A stretch of DNA of 64,000 nucleotides. Origin: Octopus vulgaris (lineage: Eukaryota). The stretch's first letter is position 1. Every line of letters starts with the position of its first letter. Made by a program: the position numbers and the translations under genes. Below are positions 30,484 through 43,154 of this stretch, in pieces. The stretch is from assembly GCA_951406725.2 (NCBI GenBank), contig OX597816.1, forward strand, positions 38,254,001 to 38,318,000. Reading direction: 5' to 3'. The notes beneath the pieces are model-generated. The model worked only from the letters and a program-made list of their open reading frames with translations. It was not told the DNA's origin and searched no databases.

Positions 30484-31309
30484 AGTGCTGGTTCAATGAA
30501 ATCTCAACACTACATAAACAACACTTACACACGCACTCATGCACACACTCACGCGCACACACTTACACACACACACACTCACACGCACACACACTCATAA
30601 ACGTACGTTTAGACAGACACTCATGAAAACCGGCTTAGTTGGTTTATAGGAGACAGACAGCGCATATATAATGTATATATATATATGTGTATATGTATGT
30701 ATATCTGTGTATATAGATATATACACACACGTACGAGAGACATAGACAGAAGGAAAAAGGAAAAAAGACAGAGAGAAAGTATGCGTTGTAAGCGAATGTA
30801 TATACTCGTGTGTGTGTGCGTATATATGTATTTATATATATATGTGTAGACAGATAATCAAATATATTTGTGTATGTGTGTGTGTGTGTATGTGTGTGTG
30901 TGTGTGTGAGTGTGGTTGTGTGTGTGTGAGAGAGAGTGAGTTAGAGAGAGAAAGAGAGAGAGGGGGGGTATGTGTGTCTACGTTTTACAAATGTAAAAAT
31001 GAAAGCGGAGAGCTTTCCATACAGCTCGTCTTTGAATGTAACATCTGAGAGAACTAACTTAATAGATGCTTTGTGAAGTGTATTTCACCAACGAGCAGAT
31101 CCCGAGGAAACACTTCACTTCGCTTCAGTCGAGTGGAACTCATCATAATTAGAATGACTGTGCGTGTGTATGAGTGTGTGAGTGTGTGTGTGCGTGCTTG
31201 TTTGTGTCTGTGAGTGTACGTGTGTGTGTGTCTGAGCGTACGTGAATGCTCGCGGAGGAGGACTAGTTCACACTTTAAGCTGTGATTGCTAGTAGTAGTA
31301 GTAGTAGTT

Positions 31310-31364
<55 letters not shown>

Positions 31365-32110
31365 GAAATCAAGCTACCACTCTTCTACGCATAGTACTAA
31401 TTTAAATACATGTGTGTGTGTGTACGTACCTGTATGTATGTATGTATGCGTATGAATGTATCGTGCTCCAGCATGACCACAGCCGCGTGGCTGAAACGAA
31501 TAAAAGTTAATATATATATATGTGTGTGTGTGTGTGTTTGCGCGTGTGTATTGGTATGAAGGCGCACGATGATCTGAAATTTGACTAAGAGTTAAATCCA
31601 GAATCCAATATTTATTTCTTTGCTTTTTTTTTTCTTTGTAATTATTGTTGTTGTTGTTGTTATGCGTTTGTGGTACCGGTAGATGATAATGATGATGATG
31701 ATGATGACGATGATGACGACGACGACGACGACGATGACGACGATGACGGTGATGATGTTGAAGATGTCGATGCTGGTTTATTGCTGCTCTCCTCCAAGTA
31801 AAATTTACACTACTTTCATTATATATATATTATCTTATGAGAAAGTTTGTCCTTTCAGATTGAAGTACCAACTTAATGGCGGCTAAGTCCTTCCGCCATC
31901 GCGCATCCATTTTTCTGGCTCCCGTTTAGGGCCAGCCTGCGGCTAAAACTTATATAGTTAACCCTTTCGTTACTGTATTTATTTTGAAATGCTCTACAGC
32001 CGAAATCTGCGATGAGGGATCAGTTTCTGACTGAAGAATGAAGGCTTTGAATGACCCGTTTGTCTTTTTGTTCGTCCCTTCGTGTATTTCACGTTATTTA
32101 TTTATGTAAA

Positions 32111-32166
<56 letters not shown>

Positions 32167-32277
32167 GTTAGACACACTAATTTCCTTGTTTGTTTATTTG
32201 TTTGTCTGTGTTTTTTTGTTCGTTTTCTTTTAACCTTTTTTTGTTATTTATGTTGCAGTTGTTCTTGTTTTTGTTGG

Positions 32278-32308
<31 letters not shown>

Positions 32309-32543
32309 AATGTCATCGATGCTGTTAAAGTAATTTACGGGATTTGTAATCTTTTGTTGTTGTTGTTGTTGCTGTTGTTGTTCCTGCTTTTGTTCTTGTT
32401 CTTGTTCTTGTTATTGACGGCGAAGTTAATACTGCAGAAGTAGTTTGGCCTTGTTGTTGCTGTTGAAGTCACAGTTGCTGTATGTTGTTGCTATTGCTGC
32501 TGCTGCTGCTGTTGTTGTTGTTGTTATTACTGTTATTGCTACT

Positions 32544-32587
<44 letters not shown>

Positions 32588-33029
32588 TGTTGTTGTTGTT
32601 GTTGTTGTTCCTGTTGCTGATGTTCCTATTGCTGTCGTCGACGGATGACAGCAATTAGTTGTAGCAGTAATTATTGCTGCTGTTGCTGCTGTGGTCGTTT
32701 CCAATAGTTATTTGCTGATGCTGCTGTTGGTAATATTTTCGTTTGTGTATGTATGTGTGAGTGTTTTTTTGGGTTTTTTTTTCTCTCTTGCTGCTGTTGC
32801 TGCTGTTGCTGCTGTCGTGTTCTTGTTGATGAATTTAATTGTTATTGGTGCGATTATTGCTGTTGCTACAGCTGCTGCTGCTGCTTCTGCTGCTGTTTTT
32901 GCTAACAAGCTTCTAATTAAGAAGCCATACATTCACCTGGTCGTCAGCGACCGAGTCATTAAAATATTGTTGTTACGTTACTTACATGGGTCACCTGCAT
33001 GCTGGTTGGTAGCAGCTCCTCTCATCTGA

Positions 33030-33385
33030 TGTGAGCAGGAGACGGGAGGTTGGGTGGAAAGGGGAGAAGCGAGAGAGAGAGAGGGAGAGGTGGAAAGGAG
33101 AGAATTGAGAGAGGGAGATAGAGGGAGGGAGAGAGAAACATGGAGGAGAAAGAGAAGGAGGAGGGAAGGATTTGTAGATGTCTTAAATAGAGGAGGAAAC
33201 GTGAAAATTGCGGAGAGTGAGGGACAAAGAGGCTGAAAGAATGAGTTACTGAATGAGGGAGGGAGGGAGGGAGGAAGAGACGGAAGGAGGCAGGGAGGGA
33301 GGGAGAAAGGAAGAGAGGGGAATCTAAAGAATAGTAACATAGAAAGAGACGCAGAAAAAAGAGGGGAGGAGATATCGAGAAGGGG

Positions 33386-33424
<39 letters not shown>

Positions 33425-33517
33425 AGGAATTGTGGACGAAGGGGGAGACAGAGAGAGTGAAAAAGAGAAATGAAATAAACGAAACACAAAATGTGTGTTG
33501 TGTGAGAGAAAGAGGGA

Positions 33518-33561
<44 letters not shown>

Positions 33562-34060
33562 AGAAAAAGAGAGAGACAGACAGATAGAAGATAAAAGAGA
33601 AAGAGGGGAGAGAGATGGGGAGAAAACAATGACAGAAAAAGACAGATGTATGAAAAGAGCGGGCAGAAAAAGAAAGTACAAGTTTTTTGGTGAAAAATTG
33701 TAAACTGAGATTTAGAAGAAAGATATAAAAAAAGAAAAGTATTTATTTATCAAAAAAAGTGGACACCGAAGGAAACAGTGAAAGAAAAATCAGAGAAACA
33801 AAAGGTAAAATGATGGCGAAAAGATAAGGAATAAAGAAACGAAAAGGGAAGGAGAGAAAGAGTGAACGAGAAATAAGGAGAGACTAAGAAAGAGAAAGAG
33901 AGAAAAAGAGAGAGTGAGAAAAGGAATGAGAAAAAGAGAAATAAAGAGTGAGTGAGAAAGGTAAAGACAGAATGAAACATAAAGAGAAAGTGGAAAAGAG
34001 GTAAGGAGGAAGAGAAAAGGGGGAAAAGAAATGAGTGAGTAAGAGAAGATTTGGTTAGTA
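33030..34060. repeat. About 1 kb purine-rich (GA-rich) low-complexity tract upstream of Gbx
   Basis: Plus strand is dominated by A/G, with (GA)n runs. Confidence 0.85.
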
Positions 34061-34064
34061 AAAA

Positions 34065-34205
34065 GGGCTGGCGTAGCGCAGTGATAGGGTGAAGTGTGAG
34101 AGGATGATCATGATTGGCTGATTTGTGGCCAACCGACCGCCGCCCCCTTAATCTTATTACTCCGCTGACGTATGATGTACGACCTACTTGCTAGTGATTG
34201 GGAGG
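34065..34205 (-). promoter_or_regulatory. Candidate promoter/enhancer island (CCAAT boxes, GC box, CRE-like site)
   Basis: Non-repetitive GC-richer island with tgattggc and tgattggg (CCAAT on the minus strand), ccgccgccccc and tgacgta, about 4 kb upstream of the Gbx ATG. Confidence 0.35.
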
Positions 34206-34656
34206 AAATGCTGCTGCTGTTACTGCTGCTGCTGTAGTGTTATTATCGCTGCCTTCGCTGCTGCTACTGCTGCTACTGTTTCATTGAGGCTAAGCAATGG
34301 AGGAGACAACGGGTGATGTAAGTGGAGGAAGAGAGCGAAGAGTAGGAGGGGGAAAGGAGAGAGAGAGGGGGGGAGAAGAATGAGCAGAGAGAGTAAGAAA
34401 GAGATACTTAAAGATGGAGAGAGAGGTAATTACAGTAAGGTAATTGTTTAGCCCAAGGCCAGCTGAAACCAAGCAGACCTGGCCAAGTGTAATCAAGTAG
34501 ACCTTATGACTAAAGACGTTCTAACAGTGACCCTCCTGTCTTCTTCCCAAGAACAATTCATCCGGGAGCAAGCACATGATCGAATGTGCTCTTTGGGGAT
34601 TCAATTTATTATTGCTTTTTCCAAATTCTATTTTTATGTCCTTTTGCTTTATCCCT

Positions 34657-34989
34657 CGCGTGGCTCAGTAGTTAGAGCGTCGGGCTCAAAATCATGAGGT
34701 AGTGAGTTCGATTCCCGGACCGGGCTGTGGGTTGTATTCTTGAGCAATACACTTTATTTCACGTTGCTCCAGTTCACTCAGCAGTAGAAATGAGCTTCGA
34801 CGTCACTGGTGCCAAGCTGTATCGATCTTTGCCTTTCCCTTGGATAACATCGGTGACGTGGAGAGAGGGAGGCTAGTATGAATGGGCAACTGCTGGTCTT
34901 CTATAAACAACCTTGCCGAGATTGGTGCCTCGGAGGATAGCTTCCTAGGTGCAATCCCGTGGTCATTCATGACCAAGGGGGTCTTTACC
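34657..34989 (+). mobile_element. SINE family C copy
   Basis: Head gcgtggctcagtagttagagcg...gagttcgattccc; body collinear with the other family C copies. Confidence 0.85.
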
Positions 34990-35284
34990 CTATTATTGTA
35001 GTATCTCGTTTGATCGATGTAAACCCTACCTGTTTGCGTGTTGAATTTCGTCCTTTGATATTGTCTCTAATGTCTTGGGCTCTAGTGGTCAATAAAAGAA
35101 ATCATTTTTTTTTTGTATTTCGCTTTTGGATTTGGTTTCCAAGATTCTTTATATGAGTTCGAGTGTTGAAGCATATTCTGTTGTGTCTGGGGAGAGTAAT
35201 TTTCTTTTTGTGCCTTATAATGTAACACACTCGCCGGTAAAATTTCGACTTATTTCTTATTTTTATTTTCCTAAAATTAACTAT

Positions 35285-35500
35285 ATATAGTTAATCCAAA
35301 CATGAAAGCACAAAGAGAAAACACAACAACGCCAGGACGTGGAACAAGTATAGTGTCATTAGACGCTCAGGAAAGGAAAGAAAGAAGGAGGATTTAACGT
35401 TTCGAGCGGAGCTCTTCGTCAGAAACATAGGAAAAGGAAAGATCCAAGGAGGGGAAGACGGAGGAAAAAAATCGCCAACGATACACACGCGGTCACATAT
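35285..35500 (-). mobile_element. Family H2 copy with intact hammerhead core
   Basis: Minus strand GTTT-CTGACGA-A-GAGC-TCC-GCTC-GAAA-C-GTT-AAAT at 35392-35426. Confidence 0.75.
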
Positions 35501-36294
35501 TGAATGACCGGAAGGGAATGAGTGAAGAAAAAGTTCTTTCATATATATATATATATATATCCACGTGTGTGTGTGTCTGTGTGTGTATGTGTGTGTGTAC
35601 ACACATTCAATTCATCTCAACTGATCAGTAGATCAATTGAGTAAACCTATCTATAATGACTTCTGGAAACAGCTGTAAGTCACATTAGCTCTAATAAAGG
35701 AATTATATGTAACGATCATTAATTTTAACTTGTCTCTTGTGGATCACTCTGTAAAAACCAGTTTATCTGAATCCCATCCATAACTTGGGACCCTACCAAG
35801 AGATTGCTCGGAGCTCTTCATTAGTCTAAGTAATATTGTCAGCCTGGTGTGCCAAAAGAGAGCTTATGATGTATTTTGCCTGGATTGCTAATCTCACACT
35901 CTTCTTCGTCTTTTGTTTTTTCTTTCTTTTTTTTTTTTTTTGTAAATTCTCACTATATATTGAGACAACACTGGTGGTCGCACCAGTATTATCCTGTCAC
36001 CACCTCATAACACTTCGAACTTTTCTTGGACTATTCTACCTGGATTTTATACCTGGACTTTCTTCTACTCTCCTATACTCTGTCTCCTTCACTATGGTTG
36101 CACCTCTCTTACCCATGGATTACACTGGACTCTTCCTTTGATGAGAAATCACTCCAATATACAACGACGTTTGAACCTTTTGAACTTTTCTAAACTTTTT
36201 TTTACTTTCTGCTTTTTCCTATTGTCGTTTCTCTCAATCCGCACTTGTTGCCTTGCCTCTCTCTCCCTCCCCTTCTTTTTTCCCTTTTGCGCCA

Positions 36295-36467
36295 TGATAG
36301 ATCGCTAGTCACTAAACCTTTTCTATTTTCTCTCCCTGTTTATTTCTGTGTTCCTTTCTGTCGAAGAGCATAGGCTCGAAACGTAAAAGACTTTCTCACT
36401 TCTCGAGCATCTGTTTGTTGTATACACACCCGTCTTCGTGTTTTTTTTTTTTTTTGTAAATTCTCAC

Positions 36468-36470
<3 letters not shown>
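36295..36470 (+). mobile_element. Family H1 copy
   Basis: CTTT-CTGTCGA-A-GAGC-ATAG-GCTC-GAAA-C-GTA-AAAG at 36354-36389; 3' end runs into (TA)n. Confidence 0.7.
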
Positions 36471-36503
<33 letters not shown>

Positions 36504-36871
36504 AATGTTTGCGTAGGCATGACAGTAAGTTAAGCATGTGTGTGTGTATGTATATATATATATATACATATACTAAGTCTTGGTCGGCCTGGGGTTATAG
36601 TAGAAGACACTTGCCCAAAATGTAACTTTTAAACCACACTACCATGTTATGGAATTCATTTCACTCGTTCGATCCCACTGCATGGCAATTTGGGCAAGCG
36701 TCTTTTACTATTGCGCAAGTCAATCCAAACCTTGTGAGTGTAAATGGAAACTATACGGAACCCCATCGGACGGACTTTGGCTGCAATCCAAAGACACAAT
36801 CTTTTCACAATCTGTATCACACCAAGTCTGCTTAAGGATTACTATAAATGCGCCTACTATTCATAAGAATG

Positions 36872-36923
<52 letters not shown>

Positions 36924-37642
36924 CCCATGCATATTACACATACATAGACTCTCACACATGCATCCTCCCGTTGACACAGATACAGACATATGCATACAGC
37001 CATTCACACATACACATGGGAAAATATCTGAATCGAGTTATCCAATCTCTGTTTAGCTAGAATCGTTACTGCGTCGGACAAAATGCAAAGTGGTATTTCT
37101 TCCTGTTCTTTACGTTCTGAGTTCAAATCTCACTGAGATCGACTTCACTGTTTATCATTTTGAGGTCGATAAAAGAAGTACCAGCCAAATACTGAGGTCA
37201 ATTTAATCAACTTCCCCCTCCCCTCAAAAATTGCTGGCCTTATATCAAAATTAGAAAGAATTATGTTGCCTACATGTGGCTATAGAATGTTATCAAATTC
37301 TAATAGGTGCAGATGGTCAAATGGTAAAGACCGTCATTTCGCAGTCACGATGATCCCAGGTTCGATCCCATTATCTAGCATCATGTGCAGGTGTCTTTCA
37401 TTAAGGCATCGGGTTGAACCAAGCTTTATAAGTGAAACTGAGTAGATGAAAATTGTTTGGATGGCCATAGTTTGGAAGGTTTAGTCATGCACTGTGACAG
37501 ACTGATTCTGCCTAAAGACTAAGTTAAGAGTAAGCACATCTATGGAACACTCAACTATATCATACATTGATTCAATGAATAACTCATTCAAATGGTCACC
37601 AGCTATATACTCATCGTCGAAACTGACGGAGATGCATTTATC

Positions 37643-37870
37643 TGTTTCTTTATTGCCCACAAGGGGCTAAACATAGAGGGGACAAACAAGGACAGACAAA
37701 GGGATTAAGTCGATTACATCGACCCCAGTTCGTAACTGGTACTTAATTTATCGACCCCGAAAGGATGAAAGGCAAAGTCGACCTCGGCGGAATTTGAACT
37801 CAGAACGCAACGACAGACGCAATACCGCTAAGCATTTCGCCCGGTGTGCTAACGTTTCTGCCAGCTCGCC
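37643..37870 (-). mobile_element. SINE family B young copy with 15-bp TSD
   Basis: GGAGATGCATTTATC repeated at 37628-37642 and 37871-37885. Confidence 0.9.
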
Positions 37871-38370
37871 GGAGATGCATTTATCAACTTGTACCTGTAA
37901 CACAGGAGGTCATTCTTGTCTACAAAGGGGGACAAATGAAAGAGGTTTATATTGTCTAGATATGATTACATCTAAAGGACATTATAATTTCCACAAATAA
38001 TTATAAGATATACGGATGCAGGGGCTAGCTAATTAGGTCCGTAGAGAAATGGGAGGAATTAAATGCTTACAGGGCATTATGGGATATATTATGTAATAAA
38101 TCACTTCATCATTAGGAAATTAAGCAAATCCAGAAAACATAAAAGCTACCAATTAGAAATCTACTGAAAAGTTTTACACACAGGACACATTCACACATAT
38201 AGAAAAATATATATTTGAACATATACATGAATATAGATGAAGAATCACATACATATACGCATATCATAAACACATGCACACACGGCTCCTGCCTATTCGT
38301 TGATTCACCAATTAGAGATACCAAGTATGCTGAAAAAAAGTAACACCCAAATAATTGGAATTTTGGACAG

Positions 38371-38403
<33 letters not shown>

Positions 38404-38502
38404 TATATTAATACATACGTAGATAATATATGAACATATATATATATATGTGTGTGTATGCATAAATATATATATAAATGTGTGTATGTATGTATGTATG
38501 TG

Positions 38503-38533
<31 letters not shown>

Positions 38534-38554
38534 ATGTATATATGTATATATGTA

Positions 38555-38585
<31 letters not shown>

Positions 38586-38642
38586 ATGTATATATGTATA
38601 TATGTATATATATATATATGTATATATGTATATGTATATGTA

Positions 38643-38759
<117 letters not shown>

Positions 38760-39011
38760 ATATATAAGGAATCTAATGCTCTTAGCTTTGTTTTTCCTTG
38801 GGGCTGGCCAGATTGGAGCAATCTCAAGAATAATCAGCCGAAATTGCGAGGATAATATGGTGCTTGACTGAGGAAAGAGAACTTCGAATGACCCGTCCTT
38901 GTTTTCTTTGTGTCGTCTATCTGGATGTTTTGTTTTCCCTTTTTGTATCACCTAGCTCCCCGGATGTTTTGCGTTCTAGTCCCATTTTGTATTATATATA
39001 TATATATATAT

Positions 39012-39754
39012 AATTAAATAAGGGTAGAAATTGATATTAATCAATTAAAACCAGTGGACTAGCATATTTTTAAAAAATCAGACGATTTAAATTTTTTTAC
39101 ATACAAAATTTAGAAGACTGACCACTAAAAGTGGACAGCCTGTATGCTAGATATAGACGTCAAAATCGCCATTTTCCACGAAGAATGTGTTCTCAAGAAA
39201 AAATTCAGCAAAAAACCAAAGTATAGAATAAGCAAGATAAATGAAAATATACGAAATAAAAAGCAATTACCTATGTACTAATTAGTTCCACTTGTTAATA
39301 TTTACGTATATGAATACGTAAACATCTGCAAGATCATCAGCATAGTCTGTCGTTTACAAAACACAATTTCCAGGACTAGATATAGAACGCTCGACCGAAA
39401 TTTAGCATGTATACAGTTCTACAAATTACATTTATGTGTATCTTTCAAATGCCTTCACTTTGGCGCGCTGAGATCGGAACTTACTCTGCAGTTAATAAAC
39501 TACAGCAGTTAATTTACCGGCTAGAGAACATTTTTTTAATTTAAAATTAAATAAGGGTAGAAATTGATATTAACTAAAACCAGTGGCCTAGCATATTTTA
39601 TTTCGTATATTTTCATTTGTCTTACCTATTTTTACAGTTTGGTTTTTTGCTGAATTTTTTCTTGAGAACACATTCTTCGTGGAAAATGGCGATTTTGACG
39701 TCTATATCTAGCATACGGGCTGTCCACTTTTAGTGGTCAGTCCTCTAAGTTTTG

Positions 39755-39757
<3 letters not shown>
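39012..39757 (-). mobile_element. Penelope-like terminal-repeat structure (direct plus inverted repeats) between (TA)n tracts
   Basis: About 55 bp direct repeat (39012-39070 / 39545-39600) and about 160 bp inverted repeat (39100-39262 / 39596-39757), with a hammerhead inside. Confidence 0.7.
39271..39345 (-). ncRNA. Type I hammerhead ribozyme-like motif with extended stem II (core mutated)
   Basis: Minus strand CTATG-CTGATGA-TCTTG..ATGTTTACGTAT-TCAT-ATACGTAAATAT..CAAGT-GGAA-CTAATTAG-TA-CATAG. Stem I is perfect, stem II is long, helix III is the palindrome ACTAATTAGT and the site is GUA; GGAA replaces GAAA. Confidence 0.75.
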
Positions 39758-39785
<28 letters not shown>

Positions 39786-40521
39786 GTTAATCCAAACAAG
39801 AAAGCACAAAAAAACACAACAACGCGAGGACGTGGAACAAATAAAGTATTATTGGACGCTCAGGAAAGAAGGAAAGAAGCTCGTCCGTAGTTATTGGCTA
39901 TCTAATGTCATCATACCGTGGAAATGCTCCTGCTACTAGATATACATCAGGAATTCCATAGTATCAGTAGAATTTATATAAGCAAACAAATGATAGAAAA
40001 TGGAATTAACGGCATTTAAAAAAAACAGCTTCAATTGTTTCAACAGATTTTTTTACACCCGTAGTACATTAGTTAGATGCTGCGTAATCATTATCATGCA
40101 TCCAGGGTATAAAATACGCCTCCACAGGTGATTGTTTAAATAAGTCCTTCGTTAGACCTTACTGTCGTCTTACGCCGTGGTGGAATGCATACCCAAGGAA
40201 TGCCGTTCATTCCATTTTCTGTCATTCATTTATATAAGGCTTCGCGGTATTTCGTCTGTCTCTACATTCTGACTTCAAATTCCACCGAGTCGATTTAGCC
40301 TTTCATACGTTCGATAAAATAAGTACCAGTTGAGCACTAGGTTTGATGTAATTGACTTAACTGCTATTGCGCATGAGTATAAAAACTGCACTCCTTTGCC
40401 AAGGCATATCGAGCCGGTGTGACATAGTAAGCACATCAAACCAGTATGATCTCAAGTTCAAATTTACGGCCTCCACATCGGACCATGGTTGGTGGAGAAA
40501 ATATGCATATATGTGTGCGTA

Positions 40522-40562
<41 letters not shown>

Positions 40563-41304
40563 CGCGCGTGTGTGTGCGTGCGTGTGTATGTGTGCGTGTG
40601 TGTTATGGGGATAATAATAATAATAATGGAACACCCCTTCCATGTGACGAGTGGTATGTGCTAGTCGTCACAAATACTGTAACGTAGTAACGAGTTACCT
40701 TCGAGGCGTACTATAGAAGATATGAATAGATCTTCAATAAAGAGTGCAAAGATTGGGACGACGATATGAAAACGCATCTAATCCTAAGGAAACTGGCAGG
40801 AGGAGAACACGAGTGTTACAGCAATTACGTACTCCCGAAAAAACCTTCTCACATAAACTATAGAAATACAATAGATATACTGTATAAAATTTTTAGCGAG
40901 AAAGGTTCGTTGGTCAATACACGTTGGAAATGTTTGAACCTAGAAAAGAACAACAAAGAGGACTACATCACATAGGCTAGTAGAGTTAACAGAGAATGTG
41001 TAAAGTTCAAACTGGACGAGTTAACGCCAGACGTGTTCAAGTGCCAGGGACTAACTACAGAAAAAGACTCAGAACTAAGAACAAGAATTCTCGCAAAGCT
41101 GGAACAAAACCAAGCAGTAACCTTACAGCAAGTGTCAGAAGAATGTGAAAGAATAATAAATCTAAAGCATGACACAGAGAAAATTGAACATAAAGACTGC
41201 TTCCAAGTGAAACAAATGCGTCGAAAAATACAAAACAGGCAGAATAGAAATCAAGTGTGTACTAAAATACATTACAAACAGGTCAAAAGTCAGGATACAG
41301 ACCC

Positions 41305-41679
41305 AGAGGCGCAATGGCCCAGTGGTTAGGGCAGCGGGCTCGCGGTCATAGGATCGCGGTTTCGATTCCCAGACCGGGCGTTGTGAGTGTTTATTGAGCG
41401 AAAACACCTAAAAAGCTCCACGAGGCTCTGGCAGGGATGGTGGTGATCCCTGCTGTACTCTTTCACCACAACTTTCTCTCACTCTTACTTCCTGTTTCTG
41501 TTGTACCTGCCGGCCTTGTCACTCTCTGTGTCACGCTGAATATCCCCGAGAATACGTTAAGGGTACACGTGTCTGTGGAGTGCTCAGCCACTTACACGTT
41601 AATTTCACGAGCAGGCTGTTCCGTTGATTCGGATCAACCGGAACCCTCGTCGTCGTAACCGACGGAGTGCTTCCACTCC
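41305..41679 (+). mobile_element. SINE family D (tRNA head) inserted into Gypsy gag, 8-bp TSD
   Basis: A box tggcccagtggttagggc, B box ggtttcgattccc; ACAGACCC at 41297-41304 and 41680-41687. Confidence 0.85.
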
Positions 41680-43047
41680 ACAGACCCGTGTTTTGTAGAT
41701 ATAGGTCTACACCTGAGAAAAAAACTGCCCATTTAAGAAAGTGGAATGTTTCCGTTGTGAAAAAAACTGGACACGTAAAAGCGCACGGTAAAACCAAGAT
41801 GATAAAACAAAGAGTAAACAAGATGTCGTCGAAAGGAAATGGTAACGTGACAAAAGGAAATTCGTAAATGTGAAAATTGAAAACATAAGAGTAAAAATGC
41901 AGTTAGATACTGGAAGTGATAGTACTATTGTGAATGGAGAAAGTTGGAAGTATATCAGTAAGCCAAAATTAAGTAAATCTACAAAAGTAAGCACACGGTG
42001 TTACAGATAAAAGATTGTATTTCGTAAGTGAATTTGTGTGTAATGTGACATTTCGTGAGCAAATGAAGACGGCAAAAGTATGCGTTAAAACTTCAGTAAA
42101 TTTGCTCGGCGTAAAGTGGATGGAACTGTTCAAATTGTGGAAAACGCCTATATGTGTTTTGTGTGGGAACAAAGCTGGTTCAATCGAAGGTTGGAATGCA
42201 GCTGAAGGATTGAAACGAAAAATAAAACATTTATTCTCAGATGTTTTTTTTCGGATGGACTGGGCTGCTGCACGAAAACGAAGGCAAAAATTGTAGTTAA
42301 ACAAAATGTAACACCAATATTTAAGCCAAAACGTAATGTACCGTTCGTGGCACTAGAACAAGTAAATAAGGAACTTGAAAGCCTAAGAATAATCGAGAAG
42401 ACGTGCCACTCAGATTGGACAGCCCCTACGGTCTTACGGTCTACGTAAAAAAGGAAAATAATAAGTTACCAGCTTGTACAGATTTTTCAATGGGTTGAAA
42501 CAATTGCCTAAGCTCACATAACTACCCGTTGCCAAGTCCTGAGGAAGTGTTCGCAAAATTGAATAGAGAGAAATTCTTAAAATTAGACCTTTCGGAGGTA
42601 TACTTACAAATACAAGAAGAATACGCACAATTATTAGCCATTAATGAACACCATGGCTTATTTAAATTGAAGCGGCTTCCCTTCGGTGTAAAAATTGCTC
42701 CTTCCATATTTCAATAAGTAATGGATACAACACTGGCGGGCTGTGATTTTGCTATCGCCTATTTAGACGATATCCTAAAAAAAAAAAAAAAACCCACTAA
42801 TCACACGAACAACATGTAGAACACGTTAAAATGGGTATTCGGGAAGATAAGAGAACACTGCTTTAAGCTAAGTGAAGTGAAATACAAGTTCTTTTTGAAA
42901 AAAATTAAATACTTGGGCCAGATAATAGATAAAAACGGACGGAAACCGGATCTATCCAGAACAACAGCGATAAAAAATATACCCGCGCCGAATAATGTGA
43001 CTATGTTACAAGCATTTTCGGGATTAGTAAATTACTAACAAATTTAT

Positions 43048-43154
43048 ATTCATTATTTACATTATTTACAATTGACGGATATTTGTCCTCATCTTGTTTG
43101 TTATCAACACAACGTTTCGGTTGATTTACCCTCCAGCCTTCATCAGTTGTCTTG
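43048..43154 (-). mobile_element. 3' part of the hammerhead SINE (family H3) at the Gypsy inversion breakpoint
   Basis: Reverse complement of 57214-57314; ACAA-CTGATGA-A-GGCTG..CAACC-GAAA-C-GTT-GTGT at 43107-43150. Confidence 0.75.

Noticed and set aside
32426-32932. Poly-Thr/Ala/Val ORFs upstream of Gbx
   Set aside because: Trinucleotide-repeat low complexity, with no domain or splice support.
41307-41380. Apparent tRNA gene (also at 34657, 57078 and 14470-14539)
   Set aside because: No proper acceptor stem; each continues into a repeat body, with a TSD in some cases. These are SINE heads.
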